Source: Spirochaetota bacterium
Lineage (GTDB): Bacteria; Spirochaetota; UBA4802; UBA5550
Assembly: GCA_963663865.1 (NCBI GenBank)
Contig: OY760686.1
Coordinates: 1,024,001-1,088,000 of the forward strand
Length of the DNA stretch: 64,000 bases
Direction of reading: 5' to 3'
Shown in pieces: positions 33,904-43,923 of the stretch (its first letter is position 1; every line of letters starts with the position of its first letter). The notes under the pieces were generated by a model. The model saw only the letters and a list, made by a program, of their open reading frames with translations. It ran no database searches and was not told the DNA's origin. The position numbers and the translations under genes were made by a program.

Positions 33904-35220
33904 ATGATATTCAATAAAAAACAGCAGATTATTGCGAAAAAGATCGATCCTCAAGCCGACATTGAGAGCTGGAAGGACTGGAAGTGGCAGATAAGGCACT
34001 CAGTCAAGGACATAGAAACTCTTCAAAAGGTGACGGGAATCAGATTCGGCAAAAAGGAGCTTGAGTCTCTTAGACAGACGACAGAAAAATTTCCGTTATC
34101 GATAACGCCCTACTATTTGTCTCTTATCAACACTGATGATTACACCTACGATCCCGTCTTTATACAGTCGGTACCTTCAATACGTGAGCTTGAAACAAAG
34201 AAGTACGACATGGCAGATCCTCTCGCGGAAGACAAGGACTCTCCCGCGCCCTACCTGACACACCGCTATCCTGACAGGGTGCTCTTCCATGTGAGCAATC
34301 TCTGTTCAATGTACTGCCGTCACTGTACGAGAAAACGCAAGGTTGGAGACAGGGACTATATCCCGAAGTTCGAAGAGCTTAAGCCGGCAATTGAATACAT
34401 AAGAAATAACAGACAGATAAGGGATGTGCTGCTCTCAGGCGGAGACCCGTTCATGCTCGGAGATGAACAGGTAAGAAGGCTGCTCTCGGAAATAAAGTCA
34501 ATAGATCATGTAGAGATAATCCGAATTGGAACGAGAATGCCTGTCGTTTTGCCGTACCGAATCACCGACAACCTGATAGAGATACTCAAGGAGTTTGCCC
34601 CGCTTTACATAAACACTCACTTCAATCACCCGAGGGAGGTTACTGAGTCGGCTGAAGAGGCGCTTAAAAAGCTCGCTGACGCGGGAATTGTGCTGGGCAA
34701 CCAGTCGGTTCTTCTCGCCGGAGTGAACGACTGTTCGAGGATTATCAAGAGGCTCACTCACAGGCTTCTTCAGAACAGGGTGAGGCCGTATTATCTGTAC
34801 CAGTGCGATCTGTCCGAGGGGCTTTCTCACTTCAGGACTCCAGTAGGAAAGGGAATTGAGATTCTTGAAAGCATGATAGGGCACACATCGGGCCTGGCGG
34901 TTCCAACCTATGTTATTGACGCTCCGGGCGGCGGCGGCAAGATTCCGGTTATGCCAAACTACCTCATTTCATGGTCAACCAACAAGGTGGTTCTGCGGAA
35001 CTATGAGGGCGTTATTACAACCTACAAGGAACCTGACGCATACGAGCCTACATTCTGCGACAGGAACTGCGCAGAGTGCGACCTTCAGCTCAACCTTGAA
35101 AGCGCGGAGGATATATCCACAATAGGAATTGAGCGGCTGCTTTCTGACGCGGACCCCGAGATATCACTGACACCGGCTGACAACACGAGAATACAAAGAA
35201 GGGGAGATGAGGATGAGTGA
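33904..35220 (+). CDS. ablA: Lysine 2,3-aminomutase
   Basis: [15 protein letters not shown] radical-SAM motif, [16 protein letters not shown]. Confidence 0.95.
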   Translation: MIFNKKQQIIAKKIDPQADIESWKDWKWQIRHSVKDIETLQKVTGIRFGKKELESLRQTTEKFPLSITPYYLSLINTDDYTYDPVFIQSVPSIRELETKKYDMADPLAEDKDSPAPYLTHRYPDRVLFHVSNLCSMYCRHCTRKRKVGDRDYIPKFEELKPAIEYIRNNRQIRDVLLSGGDPFMLGDEQVRRLLSEIKSIDHVEIIRIGTRMPVVLPYRITDNLIEILKEFAPLYINTHFNHPREVTESAEEALKKLADAGIVLGNQSVLLAGVNDCSRIIKRLTHRLLQNRVRPYYLYQCDLSEGLSHFRTPVGKGIEILESMIGHTSGLAVPTYVIDAPGGGGKIPVMPNYLISWSTNKVVLRNYEGVITTYKEPDAYEPTFCDRNCAECDLQLNLESAEDISTIGIERLLSDADPEISLTPADNTRIQRRGDEDE

Positions 35221-36052
35221 TGTTATAGAGAAAATAGGCACAAGCGTATTTCAGCACGGGCCTCTCAATAACAGGATATACCTTCAGGAGTACGGCGGAG
35301 AGTCCGCTGACCTCCTTCTCGGAAGGTTTGACGAGCTTGTCCGCGAGAAAGGGTACACAAAAATATTTCTAAAAGTCCCGTCCTCCAGTGAAAGGAACTT
35401 TACCGATAGGGGCTTCATTCGTGAGGCTGTGATTCCTCCTCATGGTGAACATGACGGTAAGTCGTTTTTGGCTAAATATCCGTCGGCCTCCCGCAGGTCG
35501 GTGCCCGCCGAGGAGCTCAGCAGAATAAGCGACGTATTAAAGTCTTCAGAAAACACCGATGCCGCGAGCCGCAGGGTCTTTCCTGAAAGGTCGGTAATCC
35601 ATGTTATGACAAAGCATGATACCGCGGAAATGGCAGAGATATACAGGGCTGTTTTTGACAGCTATCCATTCCCGATATTCGAGCCGGAATATCTGCAGAA
35701 AACCATGGACGAGAACATTATTTATTTCGGACTCCGCAAGGTGACAAAGCTTGTGGGTATATCATCGGCTGAGATATCGATGAAGGACGGCAGTGTGGAG
35801 ATGACTGACTTCGCCGTTCTGCCTGAATTTAGAGGAGAGAAGATAGCTGTTTTTCTTCTCGAGGCAATGGAAAAGAAGATGGCCGATGCCGGGATGAAAA
35901 TGTTTTATACCATAGCCCGAAGTGTCTCGTACGGTATGAACAAAACCTTTGCCGCGTCAGGATACAAATTCGGCGGGACTCTGTTTAACAATACGAATAT
36001 ATCGGGTCGGATTGAGAGCATGAATATCTGGTTCAAGTACAGAAATTCCTGA
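35207..36052 (+). CDS. ablB: Beta-lysine N-acetyltransferase
   Basis: NNRIYL, YPFPIF, EMTDFA.LPEFRG, NNTNISG.IESMN; overlaps ablA. Confidence 0.88.
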   Translation: MRMSDVIEKIGTSVFQHGPLNNRIYLQEYGGESADLLLGRFDELVREKGYTKIFLKVPSSSERNFTDRGFIREAVIPPHGEHDGKSFLAKYPSASRRSVPAEELSRISDVLKSSENTDAASRRVFPERSVIHVMTKHDTAEMAEIYRAVFDSYPFPIFEPEYLQKTMDENIIYFGLRKVTKLVGISSAEISMKDGSVEMTDFAVLPEFRGEKIAVFLLEAMEKKMADAGMKMFYTIARSVSYGMNKTFAASGYKFGGTLFNNTNISGRIESMNIWFKYRNS

Positions 36053-36248
36053 TCGGTCCGGGGATGATGCGGCAGATAAGGCGCTGCTGGCAGTTTTTGT
36101 TCTCTGCCGTCTGTGGGAACATCACCGCATAGCCGAACCGCTTTGAATAAAAAAACCTCCGCCTCCGGTGATGAATGGGGAATAGAGTTTTGTACTTGAA
36201 ACCAGAACATAAATCCGCAAGTGTTGATAAAAACTTCAGAGAGGAAGA

Positions 36249-36785
36249 ATGAGAATAGTCGAAGTGAAAACCGAGGCCGATATCCCACAGGCCATCAAGG
36301 ATACGCCGTTTGCCGAGCTGATAAGGTACAACAACTTTGGAGCTGAATTCAAGACATACGAGAAAGCCCAGCTCCTGGTCGGCATGTGCATGGACAACAG
36401 GCACCAGCTCAGGCTCCCGCAGAACTTCGCGTACATAATAAGGTCAGGCGGAGGCAATCTGAGGTACAGCGAATTCAAAATTTCATACGCGATTGCGATT
36501 GGAAACGTGAAGCAGGTCGTGCTCATGAGTCACAATGACTGCGGCATGGAAGGCCTGGTGTCAAAGAAGGATAAATTTGTCAGCGGTCTCGTGGCAAATG
36601 CCGGCTGGGAACCCGACAAGGCCGAAGAGCACTTTATGAACTACGCTCCCATGTTCGAGATTGAGAACAGCGTAGAGTTTATACTCTCGGAATCAAAGCG
36701 GCTCAATGAGAAATATCCACGAATTGAGATTATCCCCGCGTTTTACCGGATCGACGACGACACTATTCATCTTGTTGAAGAATAG
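36249..36785 (+). CDS. Beta-carbonic anhydrase-like protein
   Basis: CMDNR (CxDxR) and HNDCG (HxxC) Zn ligands. Confidence 0.8.
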   Translation: MRIVEVKTEADIPQAIKDTPFAELIRYNNFGAEFKTYEKAQLLVGMCMDNRHQLRLPQNFAYIIRSGGGNLRYSEFKISYAIAIGNVKQVVLMSHNDCGMEGLVSKKDKFVSGLVANAGWEPDKAEEHFMNYAPMFEIENSVEFILSESKRLNEKYPRIEIIPAFYRIDDDTIHLVEE

Positions 36786-36819
36786 GCTGAGTGTAAAGCG
36801 GCTTTCTAAAACTTCAATC

Positions 36820-38364
36820 TCAGTTCTGGTTTCTGATTTTAAAGCTGCTTACCATGTCAAGCAGTTCGGCGGCCTGGTTAGCCATTTCCTCGCTTGCTGA
36901 AGCGGTTTCTTCAACAAGCGACGCGTTGTGCTGGGTCATGTTGTCCATATCGCTTACGGCCGTGGTTATCTGACTGATTGCGTCTTTCTGTTCCCGGCTC
37001 GCGGCGCCGATTTCCGATATAACGCCGTTTACCTGTTTTACTGAGCTGATTATCTCCGAAAGAGCGTCTCTGCTTTTATTTGCCTTGTCTGTTCCGGCGG
37101 TTATTTTTTCTATAGAGTCGTTGATCAGGTCGCTTATTTCACGGGCGGCATGTCCCGATTTCTGGGCGAGGTTTCTGACTTCGCCGGCTACAACCGCAAA
37201 CCCGCGCCCCATCTCTCCGGCCCTTGCCGCTTCAATGGCGGCGTTCAGGGCAAGGAGATTCGTCTGAAAGGATATCTCATTGATTACACCTGTGATTTCT
37301 CCGATCTTCTGACTTACTCTGTTAATTTCGTTTATCGAGTCAACCGCGTCGGACACGAGCGCGCCTCCCTCTGTGGCGGTGTTTTCTGACCGCATTGACA
37401 TCGCAACTGCGTTTGAAGCGTTGTCAGCGTTCTGGGAAATTGCGGCGGATGTTTCCTCGATAGTTGATGCTATCTCCTCAAGCGAGGAGGCCTGCTCGGC
37501 CGTTCTCTGTGAGAGGCTCTGGTTGCCGTTAGATATCTCCTTTACGGCCATGGTCAGGTTATTTGCTGATATGATTATCCTCGAAACGAGATCCTCGAGG
37601 CCGTTTCGCATGCCCTCAAGATGGTACATGAGGCTTGATTTGTCTTTGTCCGAAAGCGGAATTTCGACAGTGAAATCACCTGCTGAAATTTTAGCGAAGA
37701 TTCGGTTTGCATCGTCGGGTTCGGCACCGAGCTGTCCCATGATCGTCCTGACAATGTAAAGAACCAGAAAAATGCCAACGAATACTGACAGGGCAACTAC
37801 CGCTATAAGGATGAGGCGAATAACCGATGAAGTTGACTTAACCGCTTCGGCCCCCTCAGCTGATTTCTTATGCGCGATTGTACTTATGTCCTTGATATGT
37901 GACTGGACTGATTTCAGCGCTGGCAGCGTCTCGCTGTTGAAGACCCGGTAAGCCTCTTCATATCCCTCTCGCTGAACAGCGGCCCTCATCTTAACAAGCG
38001 AGCCGTGCAGCGTTTCATGGGGAGATTCCATCTCCCGAAGGGGGCCGGTTATGGCCGGAATGTGCTTTTCTGCGTCAGCGCGGTCTTCGCCGTAATACCA
38101 TTTGCCGAGGCCGCATTTATGATGGTCGGTCTCAATATTGCTCATCAGAAGTGTTCTGTCAGACATAGAAAGAAGCACGGAGTTTACCCAGTTGAGATGG
38201 TCTTTTTCCTTCTGAGCCATCTCGTCGACAAGCTCATAGTTGACGGTGCTGCTGTCTGTCAGTGAGATAATGTTCCGCTGTCCGATAAAGGCCGCAATCC
38301 CTATTGAGAGAATAAGCGCCATCTGTGTAAAAGAATTCAGAAAAAGCTTTGTTCTGATTTTCAT
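36820..38364 (-). CDS. Methyl-accepting chemotaxis protein with CZB domain
   Basis: TM1, DHLNWV / HKCGLGKWYY / HETLH (CZB), TM2, then signalling domain QTNLLALNAAIEAARAGE.GRGFAVVAGEVR. Confidence 0.92.
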   Translation of the reverse strand: MKIRTKLFLNSFTQMALILSIGIAAFIGQRNIISLTDSSTVNYELVDEMAQKEKDHLNWVNSVLLSMSDRTLLMSNIETDHHKCGLGKWYYGEDRADAEKHIPAITGPLREMESPHETLHGSLVKMRAAVQREGYEEAYRVFNSETLPALKSVQSHIKDISTIAHKKSAEGAEAVKSTSSVIRLILIAVVALSVFVGIFLVLYIVRTIMGQLGAEPDDANRIFAKISAGDFTVEIPLSDKDKSSLMYHLEGMRNGLEDLVSRIIISANNLTMAVKEISNGNQSLSQRTAEQASSLEEIASTIEETSAAISQNADNASNAVAMSMRSENTATEGGALVSDAVDSINEINRVSQKIGEITGVINEISFQTNLLALNAAIEAARAGEMGRGFAVVAGEVRNLAQKSGHAAREISDLINDSIEKITAGTDKANKSRDALSEIISSVKQVNGVISEIGAASREQKDAISQITTAVSDMDNMTQHNASLVEETASASEEMANQAAELLDMVSSFKIRNQN

Positions 38365-38624
38365 TATTCTTGCTCTCCTTAACACGGGAGTGCAGATCAT
38401 ACAATAAAATCATTCAGCAGTCAACCTTGACATGTAAAAAAAAGCCAAAATGTACAGTTATTATGACTGACTGATAATAGCTGAGCTGGAAATGAGTACG
38501 GTTTCTCAAGGTTTCAGGGATGTTTTTTGTGCTGTGTGAGGAGTGCTGGCGTGAGAGCGGGGGGCAGAAGCGACTTTTTTGCATATAAGAACCCGGGCAG
38601 AGTGCCCGGATTCTCACAGAAGGC

Positions 38625-39341
38625 CTATTTTTTCTTTTTAAGGATTTTGCTGAATATGGTATCCTTATCGATTTTCTTTGTGCAGAAGAACCAGTCGTAG
38701 CAATGCAGGTCATTTTTGCTTTCCATGCGTTCTTTGGCAACCCCGCATGACCCGGCGGTCGGGACTATTACATCGTCGCCGGGTCGCCAGTCTGCCGGTG
38801 TGGCGACTTCAAACGCGTCGGTTGTCTGCAGCGCTATGAGGGCTCTGTATATCTCATCGAAGTTTCTGCCGATACTGAGCGGATAGTAGAGAATCGTTCT
38901 GATGGTTCCCTTCGGGTCAATGAAGAACACCGCCCTGACAGCCTTCGTGTTGCTTTCACCCGGCTGAATCATGCCGTACTTTGCGCTGACTTCCATGGTG
39001 ATATCTTCGATCAGCGGGAACTTGACTTCAACATCCTTCATTCCCTTGAACTCAATCTTTTCTTTAATGGTTCTGAGCCAGGCTATGTGGCTGTAAAGGC
39101 CGTCAACCGAGAGGCCTACGAGTTTACAGTTCGCTTCCGAAAACTTGTCTTCCATACTCGCAAATGTCATAAACTCGCTTGTGCATACCGGCGTAAAGTC
39201 GGCAGGGTGGCTGAACAGTATTACCCAGCTTCCCGCGTACTGGTCGGGGAAGCTGATCTCACCCTGTGTCGTAACCGCCTTGAAAGAAGGCGCTTTTTCG
39301 CCGATTCTCGGCATGCTCACTGTCTGTTGCTGTTGTTCCAT
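38625..39341 (-). CDS. Peroxiredoxin (Prx6/archaeal-like type)
   Basis: FSHPADFTPVCTSE, GRNFDE, TPADW, CYDWFFC. Confidence 0.93.
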   Translation of the reverse strand: MEQQQQTVSMPRIGEKAPSFKAVTTQGEISFPDQYAGSWVILFSHPADFTPVCTSEFMTFASMEDKFSEANCKLVGLSVDGLYSHIAWLRTIKEKIEFKGMKDVEVKFPLIEDITMEVSAKYGMIQPGESNTKAVRAVFFIDPKGTIRTILYYPLSIGRNFDEIYRALIALQTTDAFEVATPADWRPGDDVIVPTAGSCGVAKERMESKNDLHCYDWFFCTKKIDKDTIFSKILKKKK

Positions 39342-39488
39342 TTTGAAACCTCCGTTAATTTTGTTATTATGTTCAATAATTCAGCTATAAGCTATATATT
39401 CTCTTCGCCTGCGGCGGAGTGAATTTCAGTAAAACTCGTACCCGGTTTCTCTATATTCATGAAACCGGATGTAAGTTGTAAATACGAA

Positions 39489-39505
39489 ATAGTAGAAACT
39501 ACTAT
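39489..39505. promoter_or_regulatory. Putative PerR/Fur operator upstream of the peroxiredoxin
   Basis: ATAGTAG-AAA-CTACTAT perfect inverted repeat; 13/17 match at 39964-39980 upstream of the regulator gene. Confidence 0.65.
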
Positions 39506-39523
39506 CGCTAAAGCAAAAAAATA

Positions 39524-39952
39524 TCAGCTCCTGCAGTTACCGCAGAAGCCCTCAAGCGTGACCCTTATGTCAAGGACTGTAACCCCTTCGGGGAGCTCCT
39601 CAGGGTCGGCTATATTATCATACAAGTCGCTATGAATGTCAATAATCGCTCCGCACCTTACACACTCAAAGTGATGATGCAGCGAAACGTCTGCGTCAAA
39701 GCGTCTGGAGCTGTCGCGGCTTTCTACACGCCTGATTATCCCGAGGTCGGCGAAATTCATCAGAGTACGGTTGACCGTATCGTAAGAAATATTGGGCAGC
39801 CTCGTTCTGAGCTTTCTGTAAATGGCTTCAGCCGTCGGGTGCTCGGTCGTTGATGCAAGCTCTTCAAAAAGCACTGTTCTCTGAGGGGTTACCTTCAGAG
39901 AATGCCTTTTGCACTCGTCATAAAAACGCTCAATTTCCTTTTCAATATCCAT
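39524..39952 (-). CDS. perR: Fur-family regulator, PerR-like
   Basis: KVTPQR, HPTAE, RFDA..HHHFECVRCG, C-terminal CGNC; adjacent peroxiredoxin. Confidence 0.8.
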   Translation of the reverse strand: MDIEKEIERFYDECKRHSLKVTPQRTVLFEELASTTEHPTAEAIYRKLRTRLPNISYDTVNRTLMNFADLGIIRRVESRDSSRRFDADVSLHHHFECVRCGAIIDIHSDLYDNIADPEELPEGVTVLDIRVTLEGFCGNCRS

Positions 39953-40065
39953 GCATATACTAAGTAATATAAACTACTAATTAGTCAAGTCTTTTTTTTG
40001 GGTGGGATATTAACCCGCAGATGTCAGCGCTGCCAGTGGACGCAAAACACCCGCAGGTTTCGGAT

Positions 40066-41676
40066 CTACTTCATCAGCTTTTTAAGCTTCTGAGTTTCGC
40101 CGCAATAGGGAACCCTGTCAATATTCGAGCCAGGAAGAAGCACCGCTTCGAACGGAAGCTCAAAATCGTAGGATGGATTAGCACTCCTCAGCAGGGAGTC
40201 GTAGCTCGAAGGGAGCCTGGCCGGGCTCGGCATTCCGGGGCTTGTCGCCTGCTGCGGATCCATACAGTACCACCTTCCGTTTGTCTTGAACGCGATGACC
40301 CAGTGTTCAACTATCCAGCTTGGATCGTAGTTAAACTTCGCGACGAAGTATTTGTCAGTCGGCACGCCTGCCGCGTGAAGAAGCGCTCCGGCGGCGAGCG
40401 ACCATGAAGTACAGTTGCCCATGGGGATAAAACCGTACTTTTTATAGGTCTCCGCGTAGTCGCTCAGTGAGGGCCAGCTCTTGACGGCCATCATCTTCTT
40501 TGCATTTTCGCCCCGGCTGAAGAGAAAATCGCTCGCTTCCTTTACTCCGGGAGGGGGCGTGCCCATGCTTGAACGAGTTTCGGTTTTAAGAAACTTCCAG
40601 ACCGTGGCGAAGCGCAGGGCTGCCTCCTCGTCTGTTCTGACAGGCTTTCCGCCTCCAATTTTGGCAATCAGCTCATTTATCGCGGGGCTTCTCTCTGAGA
40701 TACCCGGGAAGAAGTAATCGTCCCGCTTTGTGATTTTTCCATTGAGCATGTAGAAACCGCTGCCGTCGTAATGGTAGTACTGCTTGCCCCTGTACTTTGT
40801 CTCAACGAGGACGTAGTCTCCGGCGCTGTATCTGCGGGATATAAGCTTCGCCTGTCTGTCCTTCCGCTCATTGTAAAGAAGAGCTGTGGCGGTCTCCCTG
40901 TCGGAAAAGTGCGCCATCAGCATAATTGTGCTCTCCTTGCTGTACTTTTCCGGAAGCTCAAATGAGCCCGAGGCATCTGTTTTCACGCTGCCGGTTTTGG
41001 TATAAGGCGTACTCTTATTGGAGGGGTTGAAAACCCATATATCAACTTCTGTATTCGGGATCGGCTTTGACGTCAGGGCCTTGCCGTCGGCGGATAAATC
41101 CTGTCCTGTCAATGTCCCGGTAATAACGTCCTTTGCGGGGATGTACCTTTTTCCGGTTGAGGCGTCTATCAGAAACCACTCGGAGTGAGGGCCGGTGCTT
41201 CTTCCCTGAACGGGCGTTCCGTTCATCACGCTTTCAACCGACAGGGCTTTGTTCGAGAACGAGAATATCTTCCACTTTCCCTCTTCGATGTGTTCAAAGC
41301 GGAAAATCTGATATCTGTATCCCTTCATGGGATAAGCCAGTGTAATGGCCGCGCCTTCAACATTGTCCGGCTTGGCAATATTCAGGGCGCCTCCGTTCTC
41401 AGCCACAATGTTGAACCAGTCCCGGTTTGCGTCGATGAAGCGGTAGCGCTGGTCAGGGCCGTTATCTCTGCCTGAAAGCTGAAGACTGTCTCCGTGAGTG
41501 TATGCGGTTTTCCGGGTACCGGGCTGGTCCCAGTAGCCGGAGCTATGATTTTCGCCCGAGTTTGCCGATTTAATGTAGAAGTACCTGTTTTCGGGAACGG
41601 TTTGCGCGTAAGACAGCGCTGCTCCCTGCAGTATGAGCGCGGGGAGCAGCGCGAGAAAAAATAATGCTTTCTTCAT
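40066..41676 (-). CDS. Secreted ricin-B-like lectin plus transglutaminase-like domain protein
   Basis: Signal peptide; beta-trefoil-like repeats (DQRYRF, YQIFRF); GNCTSW / EHWV / WYCMDP Cys-His-Asp triad. Confidence 0.6.
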   Translation of the reverse strand: MKKALFFLALLPALILQGAALSYAQTVPENRYFYIKSANSGENHSSGYWDQPGTRKTAYTHGDSLQLSGRDNGPDQRYRFIDANRDWFNIVAENGGALNIAKPDNVEGAAITLAYPMKGYRYQIFRFEHIEEGKWKIFSFSNKALSVESVMNGTPVQGRSTGPHSEWFLIDASTGKRYIPAKDVITGTLTGQDLSADGKALTSKPIPNTEVDIWVFNPSNKSTPYTKTGSVKTDASGSFELPEKYSKESTIMLMAHFSDRETATALLYNERKDRQAKLISRRYSAGDYVLVETKYRGKQYYHYDGSGFYMLNGKITKRDDYFFPGISERSPAINELIAKIGGGKPVRTDEEAALRFATVWKFLKTETRSSMGTPPPGVKEASDFLFSRGENAKKMMAVKSWPSLSDYAETYKKYGFIPMGNCTSWSLAAGALLHAAGVPTDKYFVAKFNYDPSWIVEHWVIAFKTNGRWYCMDPQQATSPGMPSPARLPSSYDSLLRSANPSYDFELPFEAVLLPGSNIDRVPYCGETQKLKKLMK

Positions 41677-41762
41677 AAAGACCTCAATATCAGTTAATAC
41701 CCCGGTTTTGAGGCCAAAAAAAACTCTGTCAACCCTAAAACCGCCTGCCTGGGCTCAAGGTG

Positions 41763-42359
41763 TTATCTTCGGGAGAGGCGCCTGTAAATGTACTTGAATG
41801 AAGCTAACTGCCAGATTATTGCCGCGAGTATGGCCGCCTGGCTGGAAATGGCCGACTTCTCTGTTGTAAAAATCGGATTGCCTCTCTGTTCAGCTTTTCC
41901 GGGGCTGTTTCTCTCAGTCAGCCTGAACGAAAGGCCCACCCTTAGCTCATGCTTCTTCCCGTCGACTACCATTTCAGGAGGCAGCTTTGTGACGCTGATT
42001 TCAATGCTGCTGATAAAAAGCAGAAGCAGCAGCAGCGCGAGTGTGGCTAACATAGAATACCTTGCGGCAAGTCCTGTAATCATGGCTTCCCTTTCATCCC
42101 GCTCCCGCATTCGGGCAAGCCCCGGAAGAATCCTGTTTCTCGCCGAGGCAGAGAGAAGCAGAAGAAACAGAAAGTAAATGAAGACTATTATCCAGAACAT
42201 AAAGTGAAAGGCGAGTATCTCCCATATAACGTCGAAGACCGGACCGGCAGGAATCAGGCCTTTAAAGTGAAAGCTGATAAATCCGAATATCAATAGAATC
42301 AGCACGGCAGGTGACGAGTATTTTAGATAAACCGGTACAAGAGCGTTAAACCTGTTCAT
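41763..42359 (-). CDS. Membrane protein, DUF2178-like
   Basis: TM helices around a DERE motif; coupled to the XRE gene. Confidence 0.65.
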   Translation of the reverse strand: MNRFNALVPVYLKYSSPAVLILLIFGFISFHFKGLIPAGPVFDVIWEILAFHFMFWIIVFIYFLFLLLLSASARNRILPGLARMRERDEREAMITGLAARYSMLATLALLLLLLFISSIEISVTKLPPEMVVDGKKHELRVGLSFRLTERNSPGKAEQRGNPIFTTEKSAISSQAAILAAIIWQLASFKYIYRRLSRR

Positions 42360-42585
42360 TTGATGCCTCCTCATAGGAAAAAACAGAACTGATGTCTGTG
42401 TTAAAATAACCCGCTATTTTGAAAGCGAGTTCAAGCGAAGGGTTGTAGTTTCCCCTCTCGATTGCCACAATCGTTCCCCGGGTGACGCCGACAGCATCGG
42501 CAAGCTGCTGCTGGGTAATTCGCCTTTCCGCCCGGAGGACATGCACTCTTGAGCAAATTCTCAGAGCCTTGACCTGATCTGACAC
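42346..42585 (-). CDS. XRE-family HTH regulator
   Basis: [40 protein letters not shown]; AAGGAGG before GTG at 42585. Confidence 0.9.
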   Translation of the reverse strand: MSDQVKALRICSRVHVLRAERRITQQQLADAVGVTRGTIVAIERGNYNPSLELAFKIAGYFNTDISSVFSYEEASNEQV

Positions 42586-42770
42586 CTGCAGCCTCCTTAA
42601 AAGATGATATCCGGTTGAAAAGTATAATAAACTATACACAATGTCAAGCAAAGAAGTCATAATAGATGATGAAATGTACAAAAATATTAAAATCTATCCC
42701 AAATGCAAGGTAAAAGCGCGGGTTGCCCTGAATGGAGAGGCCGCCCGCGCTGCGGCATGAGAGGGTGTTT

Positions 42771-43817
42771 TTAAAAAATGGACAGCCCGTTGAGCATAGT
42801 GATTGTCATAAATGTCAGCGCGGAAATGAAAAGTGACCCGGCAAGGCCGAGAAGCAGCGCCTTTCTGCCTGTCGCGGCGAACCTCTTCAAAGAGATGCCA
42901 AGTCCCAGGGCGGCCATCGCCGCGGTCATCAGAACACCGCTCGCATCAACAAGCAGCTTTTTTATCTGCGGGGGGATGATATCGGCCGAGTTGAGGGCGA
43001 CAGCCGCGAAGAACATAAGCGCGAACCAGGGCATGGCGGCCTTTTTTCCACCGGTTCGGGCGCCGTCCCTTCTGCCGAGAGCGATGAGAATCAGGTTAAG
43101 CGGAATTATCATGAGCACCCGTATCATTTTGACAGTCGAGGCGAGCGCTTCTATCGTCGGGTCCGGAATGGCGCTGCCGGCTGCCGCAACCTGAGCGACC
43201 TCATGGATCGATGAACCCGCCCAGAGCGCGAAGTCCCTTGCAGGAATATGCGCAAGGTTGAAGACGGCCGGGTACAGAAACATGGCGGCTGTTCCGAAGA
43301 GCGTCACTGCCCCTATCGCGAAGGCCGCGTCTTCCTTTTCTCCTTCAATAACCGAGTCTACCGCGGCAACGGCAGATGCTCCGCAGATGGATATGCCCGA
43401 GGCAAGAAGTATGGATTTTTTCAGTGGCACATTTATCTTTCTGCCGAGCCATACAGTGAACAGAATGGTCGCGCCTGAGCCCAGTACAATGACCATGAGC
43501 GCGGCCGGGCCGGCATGTGCTATATCTGAAAGGCTGAGCCTGAAGCCGAGCAGCACTATCGCCGCCCGTAGGAGCCTTTTTGCGGAAAATGCGACACCGG
43601 GGGCGGCGGCATCCGGTATTCTGGCCGCGGCCGCCAGGACGGCCCCGGCAATTATTGCCGTAAAGAGCGGCCCGATGTGCAAAGTCCTGCTAAAAAGCTC
43701 TGTAGCTGAAACCGCCAGAGCAAGCGCGGTAATAAGAGCTGTGAACCCCAGGCCCGGAGCAAGGGAGCGGAGCGCTGTCAGAGCAATATGTGCATTTTTA
43801 TTCATTTTTTTCTCCAA
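42771..43817 (-). CDS. yeiH: YeiH-family putative sulfate/sulfite exporter
   Basis: GISICGASAVAA, WAGSSIHEVAQV, VKMIRV. Confidence 0.88.
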   Translation of the reverse strand: MEKKMNKNAHIALTALRSLAPGLGFTALITALALAVSATELFSRTLHIGPLFTAIIAGAVLAAAARIPDAAAPGVAFSAKRLLRAAIVLLGFRLSLSDIAHAGPAALMVIVLGSGATILFTVWLGRKINVPLKKSILLASGISICGASAVAAVDSVIEGEKEDAAFAIGAVTLFGTAAMFLYPAVFNLAHIPARDFALWAGSSIHEVAQVAAAGSAIPDPTIEALASTVKMIRVLMIIPLNLILIALGRRDGARTGGKKAAMPWFALMFFAAVALNSADIIPPQIKKLLVDASGVLMTAAMAALGLGISLKRFAATGRKALLLGLAGSLFISALTFMTITMLNGLSIF

Positions 43818-43923
43818 TTGATCAGGAATTTGCGGATATTTTTTTGCGGAAACGCATAAGGTCAGCTATATTATATATAGTAGATATATAATAAATAGAT
43901 TAAAATAATAGGTAAAAGCCTAT

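Noticed and set aside
43258-43821. Long antisense ORFs (also 1381-1872, 19284-19925, 49501-50052) and the alternate-frame ORF 32517-33077
   Set aside because: Shadows of well-supported genes, with no recognisable motifs
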